A stretch of 64,000 nucleotides of DNA from Rhodoferax sp. (GCF_031291305.1 NZ_JARLJH010000021.1); one strand, 5' to 3'. Counted from the stretch's first letter, positions 19,315-29,520 are shown. Made by a program: numbers and translations. The notes: generated by a model not told the origin, from the sequence alone.

Positions 19315-19806
19315 TCACTTGGCGTCAGGCTGTTGAAACCATACGCCACTCTGCACCCACCCGTCGCTGGCCTCTTCCACAATTTCAAGCATAAATTCAA
19401 AGTCGTCAGATTCACCATAAAAAGGATCTGGCACGTCTTGGGGAACCCGATCTTCACAGCACGCCGTGAAGTAATGCAGCTTCCTGAGATACTTGGGTGG
19501 ACAGAGCAGGCGCAATCTCAGTAAATTGCCCTCATCCATCGCCAGAATCAGATCAAAGCGGTCAAAGTCCACAGCTTCGATGAGCCTGGCTCTGAATTTG
19601 GCAATGTCATAACCCCTGCGCATCGCATGCTTCTGGGCGCGAATGTCCGCCGATTCGCCCACATTGAAGTCATGTGTTGCGGCCGATTCCACCTCGACCC
19701 GATCACCCAATCCTTGTTGAATAATCTTCTGGCGCAACACATCTGCAGCCACCGGGCTGCGGCACAGGTTGTCTGTGCACACACACAGTATTGAATATTT
19801 GGTCAT
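19315..19806 (-). CDS. Low-molecular-weight protein-tyrosine phosphatase
   Basis: VCTDNLCRS P-loop (Cx5R), ILAMDEGN, VPDPFYG. Confidence 0.9.
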   Translation of the reverse strand: MTKYSILCVCTDNLCRSPVAADVLRQKIIQQGLGDRVEVESAATHDFNVGESADIRAQKHAMRRGYDIAKFRARLIEAVDFDRFDLILAMDEGNLLRLRLLCPPKYLRKLHYFTACCEDRVPQDVPDPFYGESDDFEFMLEIVEEASDGWVQSGVWFQQPDAK

Positions 19807-19908
19807 ATAGCGAATAGGCTCTTGAACTTTTAGAGTCGAGGTGGCAACTCCATTGGCATTGTCCAGCAAGATCGCCACGCCAAATGACCTCGGTCATGCT
19901 CGTCTCGC

Positions 19909-20685
19909 TTAACGGATCGCATCCTGCCCCGACATATCCGCACCGGCCAGTTCTGTCTCCGTCATCGGTGTGGCCTTGGCCATGGCCATCCAGATCCCAA
20001 ACGGTAAGGCCGTGCAGGGTCGCTTGGGTGCCATCCGCAAAACCTCAAACTGGTTGTTCTGGTACACCATCACCCCACACTCCAGTGGGATCTCATTGGC
20101 CTTGGCAATCGGGTGACCACTGCGATCACAACCCAGCACATACCAGCACTGGCCACCCACATCCAAATAAGCCGCCCGTTTGTCGGACCGTTTGATGTCC
20201 CCCAGCAAATCAGCCCGGCTGACCTTGATCTCGTGGACGATGGGTTCCAGGTATTCGTGCCGTGAGCTGTTGCGGATCGAGAAGACATCCGGTTGGCACA
20301 TTTTCCAGCGCGAAACATCTTCAGACTCCCCCGGCACCTTGGCTCGCAGGTTCAATCCGGTCCAGACCAGCCGCCCATCGCGCAGCATGGCTTGCACGAC
20401 CTTATCCACCAGGGCTTCATGGGCTGAACGCGCCTGGCGGTTGCCCTGCGTGGCTTTGGCCAGGTGGGCGATACCGGCGTCGGTGACCCGCACCAGGTCA
20501 TGACCGTTGCCGTTGGTCGTGCGCTCCAGCAACCCCGCTGCCAGCAGCTCAATCTCCACCACGTCCTGATACGGCCAACCGGCAGATCGGTACACCTCCC
20601 GAAGTCTTTTGGCATGGACACGCTTGAGGGTGGGTACCTCCTGCTCCTGCATCAGGGTCTGCTCCACCATGGCCGTCTCTTGCAT
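19909..20685 (-). CDS. MmcB-like PD-(D/E)XK nuclease with N-terminal winged-helix-like region
   Basis: PDVFSI...HEIKVSRADLLGD motif; GGAGG RBS; starts 20 bp after the umuC stop. Confidence 0.6.
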   Translation of the reverse strand: MQETAMVEQTLMQEQEVPTLKRVHAKRLREVYRSAGWPYQDVVEIELLAAGLLERTTNGNGHDLVRVTDAGIAHLAKATQGNRQARSAHEALVDKVVQAMLRDGRLVWTGLNLRAKVPGESEDVSRWKMCQPDVFSIRNSSRHEYLEPIVHEIKVSRADLLGDIKRSDKRAAYLDVGGQCWYVLGCDRSGHPIAKANEIPLECGVMVYQNNQFEVLRMAPKRPCTALPFGIWMAMAKATPMTETELAGADMSGQDAIR

Positions 20686-20704
20686 GATCGCCCTCCTCCC
20701 CCTC

Positions 20705-22027
20705 TCAAGCCCTGGCCACCGGCATGTCGTCAAAACAGGTGGTGTAACCCGGTGTCCGGCGTTGCTGCTTCATGGACCAGATCCTTTTGTCTCCGGCCAG
20801 ACCGGCACTGGCCATCTTCAGCGTGCCACGACCATAACGTTGATTCAGCCCATCCATGGCTGACATGAGTTGGGTTTTGTCCATTTCTTCGCGCTGGCGG
20901 TGATCCGTCTCTGTATCTGATTGCAGATCCAGTTCACCTTGCACCACCGTGTCCGATTGCAGGTCCAACAGCATGACCCCAGCCTTGGCCAGTTGGAAGC
21001 CGGGTTGGTAGATGCACTTCAGACCTGACAAGGCGGCAGAGATGATGACAGCGGTATCGGCACTGGGTCGCACCAGCGGCATGATCACCGACTGGCTGTA
21101 CTGGGCATCCTTGCGAAAGGGACTGGTGCGGATGAAGACCATGACCTGGCTGGCCAGGCTGTGTTGCTTGCGGACCTTCTCTGCGGCTCGGCTGGCAAAC
21201 TCGGTAACCGCCTGGTTCAGGTCGGACAGTTCAGTGACCGGGTGACCAAAGGAGCGGGTGCAGGCGATTTCCTTTTTCGGGGCCGGTGCATGGTCCAGGT
21301 CAATGCAGGGCGTGCCTTGCAATTCACGCAGGGTGCGCTCCAGCACCACCGACCAGCGGCTTTTGACCATCACTGGATCAAGGCGAATCAGGTCCAACAC
21401 GGTTTTGACACCGGCTGCCGTCAATTGTTTTGATATCTGTCTGCCCACACCCCAGACTTCATTGACTGGCGTGGCGGCCAGCACGGCATCAAGTTCCGTT
21501 GGCGTCAACTTGGAGAAGTCACACACCTGCGCCAGATGGGCCGGATAGCTGCCGGGTTTGCGTTCTGCCGTCTTGGCAACATGGTTGGCGAGTTTGGCCA
21601 GGGTCTTGGTGGTGCCGATACCAATGCCACAGGGGATACCCACCCATTGCAGGATGCGCGAGCGGATCTTGTGGCTACGTGCCACCAGGTCACCGCAGAC
21701 ACCGGTCAGGTCAATAAAGCTCTCATCAATCGAATACACCTCCTGATGGGGACCCAGACCGGCGGCCAGGCTCATCATGCGGTCACTCAGGTCACCATAG
21801 AGGGCGAAGTTGGCGGACAGGGCCACCAGCCCGGCCTCTTCTGCCAGGTGTTTGATCTCGAACCAGGGGGCACCCATGGCGATACCGAGGGCTTTGGCTT
21901 CGTTGGATCTGGCAATGGCACAACCATCATTGTTGGACAGCACCACCACCGGCAGGCCGTTGAGGCTGGGACGGAAGACCCGCTCACAGCTCACAAAGAA
22001 GTTGTTGCCATCGATCAGGGCGTACAT
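20705..22027 (-). CDS. umuC: Y-family DNA polymerase V catalytic subunit
   Basis: [41 protein letters not shown]-terminal W-x-MK...TP-x-YTT. Confidence 0.95.
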   Translation of the reverse strand: MYALIDGNNFFVSCERVFRPSLNGLPVVVLSNNDGCAIARSNEAKALGIAMGAPWFEIKHLAEEAGLVALSANFALYGDLSDRMMSLAAGLGPHQEVYSIDESFIDLTGVCGDLVARSHKIRSRILQWVGIPCGIGIGTTKTLAKLANHVAKTAERKPGSYPAHLAQVCDFSKLTPTELDAVLAATPVNEVWGVGRQISKQLTAAGVKTVLDLIRLDPVMVKSRWSVVLERTLRELQGTPCIDLDHAPAPKKEIACTRSFGHPVTELSDLNQAVTEFASRAAEKVRKQHSLASQVMVFIRTSPFRKDAQYSQSVIMPLVRPSADTAVIISAALSGLKCIYQPGFQLAKAGVMLLDLQSDTVVQGELDLQSDTETDHRQREEMDKTQLMSAMDGLNQRYGRGTLKMASAGLAGDKRIWSMKQQRRTPGYTTCFDDMPVARA

Positions 22028-22073
22028 GACTGTTCTTTGACTTTGACTTTGAATCTGGACCGGACAGGGATGG

Positions 22074-22514
22074 TCAAACCGGGAACTGTTTGATGCTGCT
22101 GGTGACCACGCCCCAGACTTCGAGGGTCTGGCCTTCTTTGGGGACAATGTCGGCAAAGGTGGGGTTGGCCGCTTTGAGCTTGATGCGCCCTGCCCTTTGG
22201 TAATACTGCTTGACGGTGAAGTCACCATCCACAATGGCTACCACGATGTGGTTGTGCCGGGCCTTGATGGCACGGTCGACCACCAGAATGTCCTTGTCAA
22301 AAATACCGGCTTCCACCATGGAATGACCACTGGCCCGCAGGAAGTAAGTGGCTTGCGGATGGGTGATCAGGACCTGGGTCAGGTCAATGCGCTGGCCACC
22401 GAGGTCTTCGGCGGGTGACGGAAAGCCCGCCTGGACCCGGTTGTTGAGGAGCAGCACCTGCAGCTGTGTCTCAGAAATGGGCACGGGCTGCAGGGCTGAA
22501 ATAAAGCTGTACAT
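22074..22514 (-). CDS. umuD: UmuD (S24 autopeptidase)
   Basis: [10 protein letters not shown] (A-G cleavage site), SGHSM (Ser), FTVK (Lys). Confidence 0.95.
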   Translation of the reverse strand: MYSFISALQPVPISETQLQVLLLNNRVQAGFPSPAEDLGGQRIDLTQVLITHPQATYFLRASGHSMVEAGIFDKDILVVDRAIKARHNHIVVAIVDGDFTVKQYYQRAGRIKLKAANPTFADIVPKEGQTLEVWGVVTSSIKQFPV

Positions 22515-22522
22515 TTAACCAG
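22507..22522. promoter_or_regulatory. LexA (SOS) box
   Basis: CTGTACATTTAACCAG fits CTG-N10-CAG; overlaps the umuD ATG. Confidence 0.8.
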
Positions 22523-22727
22523 TATATTGCAATGGCGATGACTGCAACACAAGCAGTCAGGCCTTGTGCTTGTTTTTTAAGCACACCTCGCCAACCCAAC
22601 GCTGGTCTGGGTTTGCCGACTTGTTCAGGCTCTTGTCCACAGGCTTGGTCCCGCTTATTGGGGACAAGGGCTGAGATACGATCTTTGGTATTCAGTGCTG
22701 CTCACCCTTCCCACTCCTAAAGATTCA

Positions 22728-23675
22728 GTGCAAGCCTTCTACGCCGATCATTTTGTGTTGCCCTTGCCTGAAGGCCACCGTTTCCCGATGGCCAAGTACG
22801 CCTTGCTGCGACAACGCCTGACCCAGCAGATGTCAGCCATCCAGATGCACGAAGCATTGGCGGCCAGCGAGGATGAGTTGTCTCTGGTGCATACCCCGCG
22901 ATACATCCAGGCAGTGACCCAGGGTGGACTGAGTCCGACAGAGCAGCGTGAGATTGGATTCCCGTGGAGCGCCGGTATGGCAGAACGCGCCTGTCGTTCG
23001 GTTGGTGGCACCTTGCAGGCCGCTCGGGCAGCCTTGTTTGGTGGCGGGGTGGCTGCCAACCTGGCGGGAGAAACACATCACGCCTACCCCGACAAAGGCA
23101 GCGGGTTCTGCGTCTTCAACGATGTCGCCGTTGCGGCCCGGCAAATGCAGCGGGAATGGTCAAACCAGAGGCACCGGCACCACATCGATGCCAATGGGCT
23201 TCAGGTCGCCATCGTGGACCTGGATGTGCATCAGGGCGATGGCAGCGCGTACATCTTTGGTGATGACCCTTCAGTCTTTACCTTGTCGCTGCACGGGGCC
23301 AAGAACTTTCCGGTGCGCAAACAACACAGCGATTGCGACATCGAGTTGCCCGATGGCTGTAAGGATGCGGCTTATCTCCAAGCCCTGGAGCAGGGGCTGG
23401 ACCAACTGGAGCGCCAGTTCAAACCGGAACTGATCCTGTATCTTGCCGGTGCCGACCCGCATGAGGGCGACCGACTCGGACGACTGGCCGTGACCGAAGC
23501 AGGCATGCAGGCTCGCGATCAGAAAGTGTTTGAATGGGCATGGCAGCGCCGTGTGCCCGTGGCCATGGTCATGGCTGGCGGTTATGGACGCGACATCGAA
23601 ACCACCTTGAAGGTTCAGCTCAATACCTATCGGGTGGCGCTGGATTACTGGCAGCGCTGGCAGGCGCTATATTGA
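22728..23675 (+). CDS. Histone deacetylase-family (HDAC/AcuC/AphA) protein
   Basis: HRFPMAKY, THHA, GSGFCVFND, DLDVHQGDG, AGADP..GDRLG, MAGGY; GTG start. Confidence 0.9.
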   Translation: MQAFYADHFVLPLPEGHRFPMAKYALLRQRLTQQMSAIQMHEALAASEDELSLVHTPRYIQAVTQGGLSPTEQREIGFPWSAGMAERACRSVGGTLQAARAALFGGGVAANLAGETHHAYPDKGSGFCVFNDVAVAARQMQREWSNQRHRHHIDANGLQVAIVDLDVHQGDGSAYIFGDDPSVFTLSLHGAKNFPVRKQHSDCDIELPDGCKDAAYLQALEQGLDQLERQFKPELILYLAGADPHEGDRLGRLAVTEAGMQARDQKVFEWAWQRRVPVAMVMAGGYGRDIETTLKVQLNTYRVALDYWQRWQALY

Positions 23676-23707
23676 ACACCCCGCGTTGAAACCTGACACC
23701 TGCCACG

Positions 23708-24289
23708 ATGGACAACTTGCCTGAACACATCACTCCCGTTCCCCTGGACAAATCCTACCGTCTGCTCAACCATGGGCCAACGGTGCTGGTGTCGGCCGCC
23801 CATGGTGGTGTCTCCAATGTGATGGCAGCCGCCTGGGCCTGTGTGCTGGATTACGGCCAGTCACCCAAGGTCACGGTGGTGCTGGACAAGGCCACCTACA
23901 CACGCGAGTTGCTGATGGCCAGCGGTGAGTTTGCGCTGCAACTGCCCACCCAGGCCATGGTCAGCCTGACCGTGGGGGTTGGCAGTGATAGCGCCAAAGA
24001 GGTGCCAGACAAATTGGTCAAGCACGGTGTCCAGTTGTTTACCGTGCCAGGATCTGGTGTCCCTCTGGTCGCCGGTTGTGTCGGTTGGCTGGTGTGCAAG
24101 TGGGTCCCGGAACCCCACAACGAACAGACCTATGACCTGTTCATCGGGGAAGTGGTCTCTGCCTGGGCCGATAAGCGGGTGTTTCGTGATGGCCGCTGGC
24201 ATTTCGAGTCGGCCCCCGATGAATTGCGCACCATTCACCATGTGGCCGGTGGGCAGTTTTATGCCACTGGTGAGTCTGTCCAAGCTTAG
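23708..24289 (+). CDS. Flavin reductase-like FMN-binding protein
   Basis: RLLNHGPTVLVS, NVMAAAW, DLFIGEVV, HHVAGGQFY. Confidence 0.85.
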   Translation: MDNLPEHITPVPLDKSYRLLNHGPTVLVSAAHGGVSNVMAAAWACVLDYGQSPKVTVVLDKATYTRELLMASGEFALQLPTQAMVSLTVGVGSDSAKEVPDKLVKHGVQLFTVPGSGVPLVAGCVGWLVCKWVPEPHNEQTYDLFIGEVVSAWADKRVFRDGRWHFESAPDELRTIHHVAGGQFYATGESVQA

Positions 24290-24298
24290 GTCGTCACC

Positions 24299-24970
24299 GT
24301 GTGCAGCCACTACCAAGCCGTCAAGGAGCGTGAGCGTTACATCCGCCACTTTGGCGTCGAGCCACCCGCTGAGCCGGGTAAGTTCGATGTCTGGCCGGGA
24401 TACGCAGCGTCTTTTATTCGCCGCCCCAAAGAAGCCGATGTCGGTGATGAGGCTGTGCCCGAGCGGGAAGCACTGTCCGGTGTCTTTGGCCTGATTCCGC
24501 ACTGGGCCACCGATACCAAGATTGGCCGCCAAACCTTCAATGCCCGTAGCGAAACGGTAGCCAGCAAACCCAGTTTTCGGGATGCGTGGAAGCATGCCCA
24601 ACACTGCATCATCCCCGTCGATGCTTTTTTTGAGCCCGACTGGCGCAGTGGCAAGGCTGTTGCAACTCGGATTGCCAGCGAGAACGGTGAGCCGCTGGGC
24701 ATTGCCGGTTTGTGGTCGTCCTGGAAGTCACCCAAGGGCGTCTTGTACAGCTTCACCATGCTAACCATCAACGCCGATGGCCATGAACTGATGCGCCGGT
24801 TTCACAAGCCTGTGGACGAAAAACGCATGGTGGTGATCCTGCCAGCGGATAGTTATGACGCCTGGCTCAAGGCCAAACCCGAACAGAGCATGGACTTTAT
24901 GCGGCAGTACCCAACAGACCAACTATTGGCTTGCGCTGATGTGCCGAGACAAGACTCGTTTATTCCGTGA
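24299..24970 (+). CDS. SOS response-associated peptidase (SRAP/YedK/HMCES)
   Basis: MCSHY (catalytic Cys2), FNARSETV..KPSFR, FFEP, SFTMLT, FH...KRMVVIL. Confidence 0.9.
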   Translation: MCSHYQAVKERERYIRHFGVEPPAEPGKFDVWPGYAASFIRRPKEADVGDEAVPEREALSGVFGLIPHWATDTKIGRQTFNARSETVASKPSFRDAWKHAQHCIIPVDAFFEPDWRSGKAVATRIASENGEPLGIAGLWSSWKSPKGVLYSFTMLTINADGHELMRRFHKPVDEKRMVVILPADSYDAWLKAKPEQSMDFMRQYPTDQLLACADVPRQDSFIP

Positions 24971-25211
24971 ACGACTGACTCTTTACGCCCCGTTGCAGCC
25001 CGTCGCCGCACCGATCTCGCAGTGGTAAAGCCGCCGATCAACTTGAAAGTAAACGTCCGCCGGAGGCGGCTCACTTGAATGAAGATTCAAGATCGTCGTC
25101 GCAGTAGCTCCTCAGCGATTCCGTGCAAGTGAGCCGAGAAGGTGAGGAACCTAGCCACATCGGCAGGACTCCACCTCAGAAGGTCGACACGCCGAGCGCA
25201 AGAAGCAATCG

Positions 25212-26486
25212 CTATTCTTTCGGCCACGGAATCAGCACGGTGTCGTACATGGAGCGTTGGATGCGAGCGCAGTCGTCGCAGAGGCGATAGCTGCCGGGGC
25301 CGCCCGCTTCACCGCCGTCGGGTGCCCGAAAATCGCCGGCTGGCGTGTCGCCGCAGATGGTGCAGCAGTTGTGCGTACCTTCGGCGCTCAAGACGTACTC
25401 TGTTAACGCCGCTTGCTTGGGGTCCCAGTGACGGAGTGCCTCGAACCACTTCTTTGTGTGTGGCAGAGGAGGGAGTTTCTCTTCGGGCTCAAGCAGCCCC
25501 CGCTCAACCAAATACTCACGCGCGACACGAACGCGCGTCGCGTGCAGTGCCGCGAGCCGTTCGTTGAGGTCGAGCATTCGCCCGAAGTAGCGGAGTGCCG
25601 TATGAGTAGTGAGCGCCATATATCCGCCGCGATTCAGGATAAACCTGTTGGGACCGAGGTCATCATCTGAAAGCAGCTGGGCCGCATAGACGTCAACCTG
25701 CTCCTGTGGAAGCGCCCGCATGGTCACCAATGAGTACCACGGGCTCCCATTCAGCTCGACCTGCCACAGGGACAAGTAGCCGGAATTCTCCAAAATATCG
25801 CAGAGCTTGCCGTCATTCTCAGGATGCGCCAAGAGATGGCGATTCAGGTCGTCGAAGTGTTCGATGCTGCTGTCAAGCTTGCGGGCCTCGTTCAGGATCT
25901 CATTGATGGCAGCTCTCATCTGCTGCGTCAGGTCGCCCTCCTCTTCAGATGCACGGACATAGGCATCGGTCGCTTCGCACAGCATGTCTGGGACCTCGAC
26001 GAGGCGCTTGGTGGTCAGCAACTCGCCCGGGTGACAGTAGTCGGCGTCGTCAACCAGTTGCACGCCGGCATGGCGATACGCCTGAGCGACTAGGCGCGAG
26101 CAGAACTGCTTGGCGCCTACCTTGCCGACACCGACGATGGATTGCACCGCCCCGACCTTGGTGTAGCGAGCACCATTTTGGCTTCGTGCGTAGGTAACAA
26201 CGGCGGCGACTTCCTCCGTGCTGAGCGGCGGCTCTGCTCGCAGCACGTGCACCGCGCAGTCGGCGTGAAACACGAGCCGCAGCACGTTCCGCGCATGGAC
26301 GCCTTCAGCAGTCGAGTCCATGACGCTGCCGCCAGCGACGCAGACCATGGCATGGGAGATGTCTGAATTCGTGACCTTGCGAATGAGCTTGCTCAAGGTC
26401 TGTCGAGTCGTCGTCAAGATGACGTCGCCAGATTGCAGGTTCTCGTATCGGACGCGAATCAGCTTCTGTTCGGTCTTATCAGCCAT
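25212..26486 (-). CDS. Permuted papain-like NlpC/P60 (YiiX/YebB-type) peptidase with C-terminal Zn-finger-like domain
   Basis: GDVILT, SHAM (His) preceding QFCSRLVAQAY (Cys), HPGEL; C-terminal CTIC...CDDC; start could be TTG 26510. Confidence 0.75.
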   Translation of the reverse strand: MADKTEQKLIRVRYENLQSGDVILTTTRQTLSKLIRKVTNSDISHAMVCVAGGSVMDSTAEGVHARNVLRLVFHADCAVHVLRAEPPLSTEEVAAVVTYARSQNGARYTKVGAVQSIVGVGKVGAKQFCSRLVAQAYRHAGVQLVDDADYCHPGELLTTKRLVEVPDMLCEATDAYVRASEEEGDLTQQMRAAINEILNEARKLDSSIEHFDDLNRHLLAHPENDGKLCDILENSGYLSLWQVELNGSPWYSLVTMRALPQEQVDVYAAQLLSDDDLGPNRFILNRGGYMALTTHTALRYFGRMLDLNERLAALHATRVRVAREYLVERGLLEPEEKLPPLPHTKKWFEALRHWDPKQAALTEYVLSAEGTHNCCTICGDTPAGDFRAPDGGEAGGPGSYRLCDDCARIQRSMYDTVLIPWPKE

Positions 26487-26519
26487 ATACGTAGAGAGGA
26501 GAAAAGACAAATGGCGCCA

Positions 26520-28511
26520 CTAGGCGGCCTTCTTTTGTATGTCAGCGATGAGCTCTGCCCGCGGAGAGTCGGCGAACGAGTCGCGCTTCAACGTAAGTGC
26601 GTCGATCATGACCTGGTTGGTCAGCAGGAAGTTGTCCAGCAACGTATACCAGTTGAGCACGAAGCGCTTCATGCGCTCGTCGTCGCTGACCAGGCCAGGC
26701 AATCCCTTCGCGACTTGGCCCTGCATGCGGCTGCGAATCTCCGTGTCGGCCTCAGATATCTTGCGCCCGATCAGAATGAGCTCGAAGTGCATTGCCTCGC
26801 TGCCAAACTCGGCGTGCTTTTTGATAAGTTGGGCGTAGCCATCAAGCTGCTGGAGGTGCTTGTAGTTGAGCGCGATGCTTGGTCGCTTGATCTCCACGAC
26901 GATGCAGCGATAAATTTTGCGACCCATCGAGTCGTGGTGCGGGACCTTGCGGGCGAGGAATAAGTCCGTCTGCTTGTTCGCGCCCTCGATGGCTGTGGGC
27001 TCATTCGTGTCCAAGTCGTCCAAGGCGATGTCTTTGATCCCCTTGACCGTGTCGCGAAGCGATTTGGCGATCTTGGTAAACGTATCCTCCTCCGCCCCAA
27101 GCGTCTCGTATGAGCTGCCGAATAGCCACGTGTTGGCCTCGATGATGCCCTGCAAATCCGGCGTCTCAAGCGTCTCCAAATAGTGGTCGTTCATCAGCGT
27201 CCGCAGCTTGTCGGCCACCTCGTGCCTACGACGCAAAACTTCGATCGCCGAAACGATACTTTGCAGCGACACGCTCTTTAGCTGCTTGGCGAACAGCTTG
27301 GTGGAGACGTCGTCGAGCTCTAGCACGCTGTTGAGAACCTCGAAGATCGCGTCGTTCTCGTTGGAAACCGCCAGCTTGTCGAGGAGTCGCACAATAATTT
27401 TCTTCTGGTTCTTCTTAAGCGACTTCAACGCCGTCGGATCGGCTGTGTAGATGGCGCGCAGGATGCTCTTGGTGTTCTCGAATCGCCAATTTTTGTAGTC
27501 CTCGGGCAGGCCTGCGTAGGCCGGAAAGACGCCGTCGGCGACGTAACTTTCAATTTCCAGCTCGCACTGCTTGCGTAGGAAGTCCTCGTAAACGGACTTG
27601 GTAATCTTGTTGAGTTCGCGCCCCACCTTTCGCCATGTCTCAGACTCGAAGCCTGTCGCGTCTGGGCTGGCCAAGTCGCCGCCGCTCGGCTTAAAGGCGT
27701 CAACCCACTTTGAGCCGACGTAGATGCTGGTGTGGAAGTTTCCCTTATGGTTGAAGGTGCTCAGTTTCTTATCGACCGTCTTGCCCGAAGAGTTCAAAAG
27801 GTAGACGTAGGACTTCTCAGAGCCTGGCTTCAGATCCCAGCGAAGGACAGACACGTCAAAGTCATGCTCGTCGATGGAGAACTTGCGCTGGATAAGGTCG
27901 TGCGACGGTACCGTCACCTCAGTTCCATTAAGGCGGAGCCTCTTCGCGGGGTTGAGCGCGAGGAACCAACCGAACTCGATGGAAAGCTGCTTATGAAGCT
28001 CTCCGGTGGTCGGCAGCGCGCCATGTAGGTTGAACAATTCAGCGGTCGTGCCGGTCTTGCCTACGTCCATCCCTGCGGGCAATGCCGACGGCTCCACCGA
28101 CCAGCCTTCGTAGTTCGTGAGCGTCGCGCCGTTCACTTCGATCTGCGCGGGCCCCGACCCGGCGGCATTTGTCCACCAAATGGCCCGTTCGGCGAGCCTG
28201 TGGAAAGACAGTCGGCCGCGACCATGCGAGCCATGGGTCGTCACGTCCTCCTTCTTACTGGAGTCGTTGAAGCGGCCAAACGTTTCGGCGTGCGCCTCGA
28301 GTTCTATGCCTTCCCCGTCATCGGAGACCGCTACTCGCGTCGCGCCGCCCATCGGCCCCTCGTCAACTAGCACTTCGACGTTGGTTGCCTTGGCGTCGAA
28401 ACCATTCCAAGCCAGCTCGGTGATCGCTCGCCACGGATCGGTAGTCCGAAAATGCTTCTTGATCCCTTCCCCGTTAATCTCCGTCTTTCCCGAAATTTGT
28501 CGAGTCGCCAT
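26520..28511 (-). CDS. GHKL (MutL/MORC-like) ATPase fused to a C-terminal PD-(D/E)XK nuclease
   Basis: ELAWNGFDA (N box), DDGEG (G1), GSHGRG (G2); C-terminal TDLF...VEIKRP...QLDGY (D...ExK, QxxxY). Confidence 0.8.
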   Translation of the reverse strand: MATRQISGKTEINGEGIKKHFRTTDPWRAITELAWNGFDAKATNVEVLVDEGPMGGATRVAVSDDGEGIELEAHAETFGRFNDSSKKEDVTTHGSHGRGRLSFHRLAERAIWWTNAAGSGPAQIEVNGATLTNYEGWSVEPSALPAGMDVGKTGTTAELFNLHGALPTTGELHKQLSIEFGWFLALNPAKRLRLNGTEVTVPSHDLIQRKFSIDEHDFDVSVLRWDLKPGSEKSYVYLLNSSGKTVDKKLSTFNHKGNFHTSIYVGSKWVDAFKPSGGDLASPDATGFESETWRKVGRELNKITKSVYEDFLRKQCELEIESYVADGVFPAYAGLPEDYKNWRFENTKSILRAIYTADPTALKSLKKNQKKIIVRLLDKLAVSNENDAIFEVLNSVLELDDVSTKLFAKQLKSVSLQSIVSAIEVLRRRHEVADKLRTLMNDHYLETLETPDLQGIIEANTWLFGSSYETLGAEEDTFTKIAKSLRDTVKGIKDIALDDLDTNEPTAIEGANKQTDLFLARKVPHHDSMGRKIYRCIVVEIKRPSIALNYKHLQQLDGYAQLIKKHAEFGSEAMHFELILIGRKISEADTEIRSRMQGQVAKGLPGLVSDDERMKRFVLNWYTLLDNFLLTNQVMIDALTLKRDSFADSPRAELIADIQKKAA

Positions 28512-28665
28512 GCTAAGTCCCTGGGTTGTTCGTCCCGCCCGTACGAGGTGGCTGAGTTCAGCATGGAGTTTAGCGACTCCGCGCGCAGAGATTACGAAAG
28601 CTCGACCGGTCGTCCAGCAGCGCCAAGTAGCGATTGCTTAATTGGCGCGTAGCTCAATCATTCGG

Positions 28666-28683
28666 CCGGTCAAAAATGACCGG
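28666..28683. promoter_or_regulatory. Inverted repeat upstream of the GHKL-nuclease gene
   Basis: CCGGTCA-AAAA-TGACCGG. Confidence 0.35.
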
Positions 28684-28825
28684 AAATAGAAACTGTACCC
28701 AGTGCACCACGCGGCATGTCAAATTGCGGCAGTGGCGTTGCCATCACCCCTATCCCGGCTAGCCAAAATGAGAGGAGAGGCTATGTTCTGACCGTGTTGG
28801 GGCATGTATGGTTGAGCTTGAACGT

Positions 28826-29137
28826 TTATACGACATCTGTGGACTTCGTGCCGAGAACTTCAACCCGATTGACAAGAACAATTTGCTGCTTCGAAGGCTC
28901 CCCTTCAATTTCAGCGTCCAGACCAAGGTGTCTAAGGAAATAGAAGAGCAGTGCGCGTTTGCATGGAATTCGAGACTCGCCATCAACCATCCCGTAGTCA
29001 AGCGCAATCGCCTTTTTCGCGGACGCAGAAAGCTTGGGGTGGGGCGCAATCACTACTTCCACCATTTTTTGCCAGGACTCATCCTCTTCAGCATTCGGGC
29101 CGCCTTCTATAGATGCTCTGCGTCGTCCAGCAAGCAT
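28826..29137 (-). pseudogene. 3' remnant of a WYL-domain regulator (CapW/BrxR-like C-terminal domain)
   Basis: W...PHPKLS...KAIALDYGM...RALLFYFLRHLGLD...QQIVLVN resembles the CapW-type C-terminus; no wHTH/WYL N-terminus upstream. Confidence 0.65.
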
Positions 29138-29175
29138 AGATCATGAGAGCGACAATACAACCAGCAAATTAGTCG

Positions 29176-29520
29176 TTGGAAACTGAATTGACAACAAAAT
29201 CACGCTGGTCAGTGCGCCTGGGTGCGCACGAATGGGCCAAGCATACTTACGAGCGCTCTGCCAATGATCCATTGGCGCTGCTGGGCAGTGCCCGCCATGG
29301 GATGCAAAGCGGTGCCTTGGCCAAGCTGGGGGATGAATTTGTCCTGGTGGTTGGCGACCATGTGACGGCCTTGAGCCACTCGGACAACAAGAATCTTGCC
29401 GCTGCAACAGCGCATGCCAAGACGGATAGTCGACCGTTTGTGTTTCAGCCTGCCCCAGTGCCTGCCACCCCGCCTGTGGTCGTTGTCATCAAGCGGCGCC
29501 GCGTTCCTGCGCCCCATTGA
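29176..29520 (+). CDS. Hypothetical protein
   Basis: 114 aa ORF with Pro-rich, basic tail; start uncertain. Confidence 0.5.
   Translation: METELTTKSRWSVRLGAHEWAKHTYERSANDPLALLGSARHGMQSGALAKLGDEFVLVVGDHVTALSHSDNKNLAAATAHAKTDSRPFVFQPAPVPATPPVVVVIKRRRVPAPH

Noticed and set aside
19315-23675. Active-site-adjacent substitutions (PTP CTDNLCR for CxGNxCR; HDAC AGETHH for AGGTHH)
   Set aside because: Catalytic Cys/Arg and His-His/Asp residues are intact; single changes cannot be interpreted without an alignment
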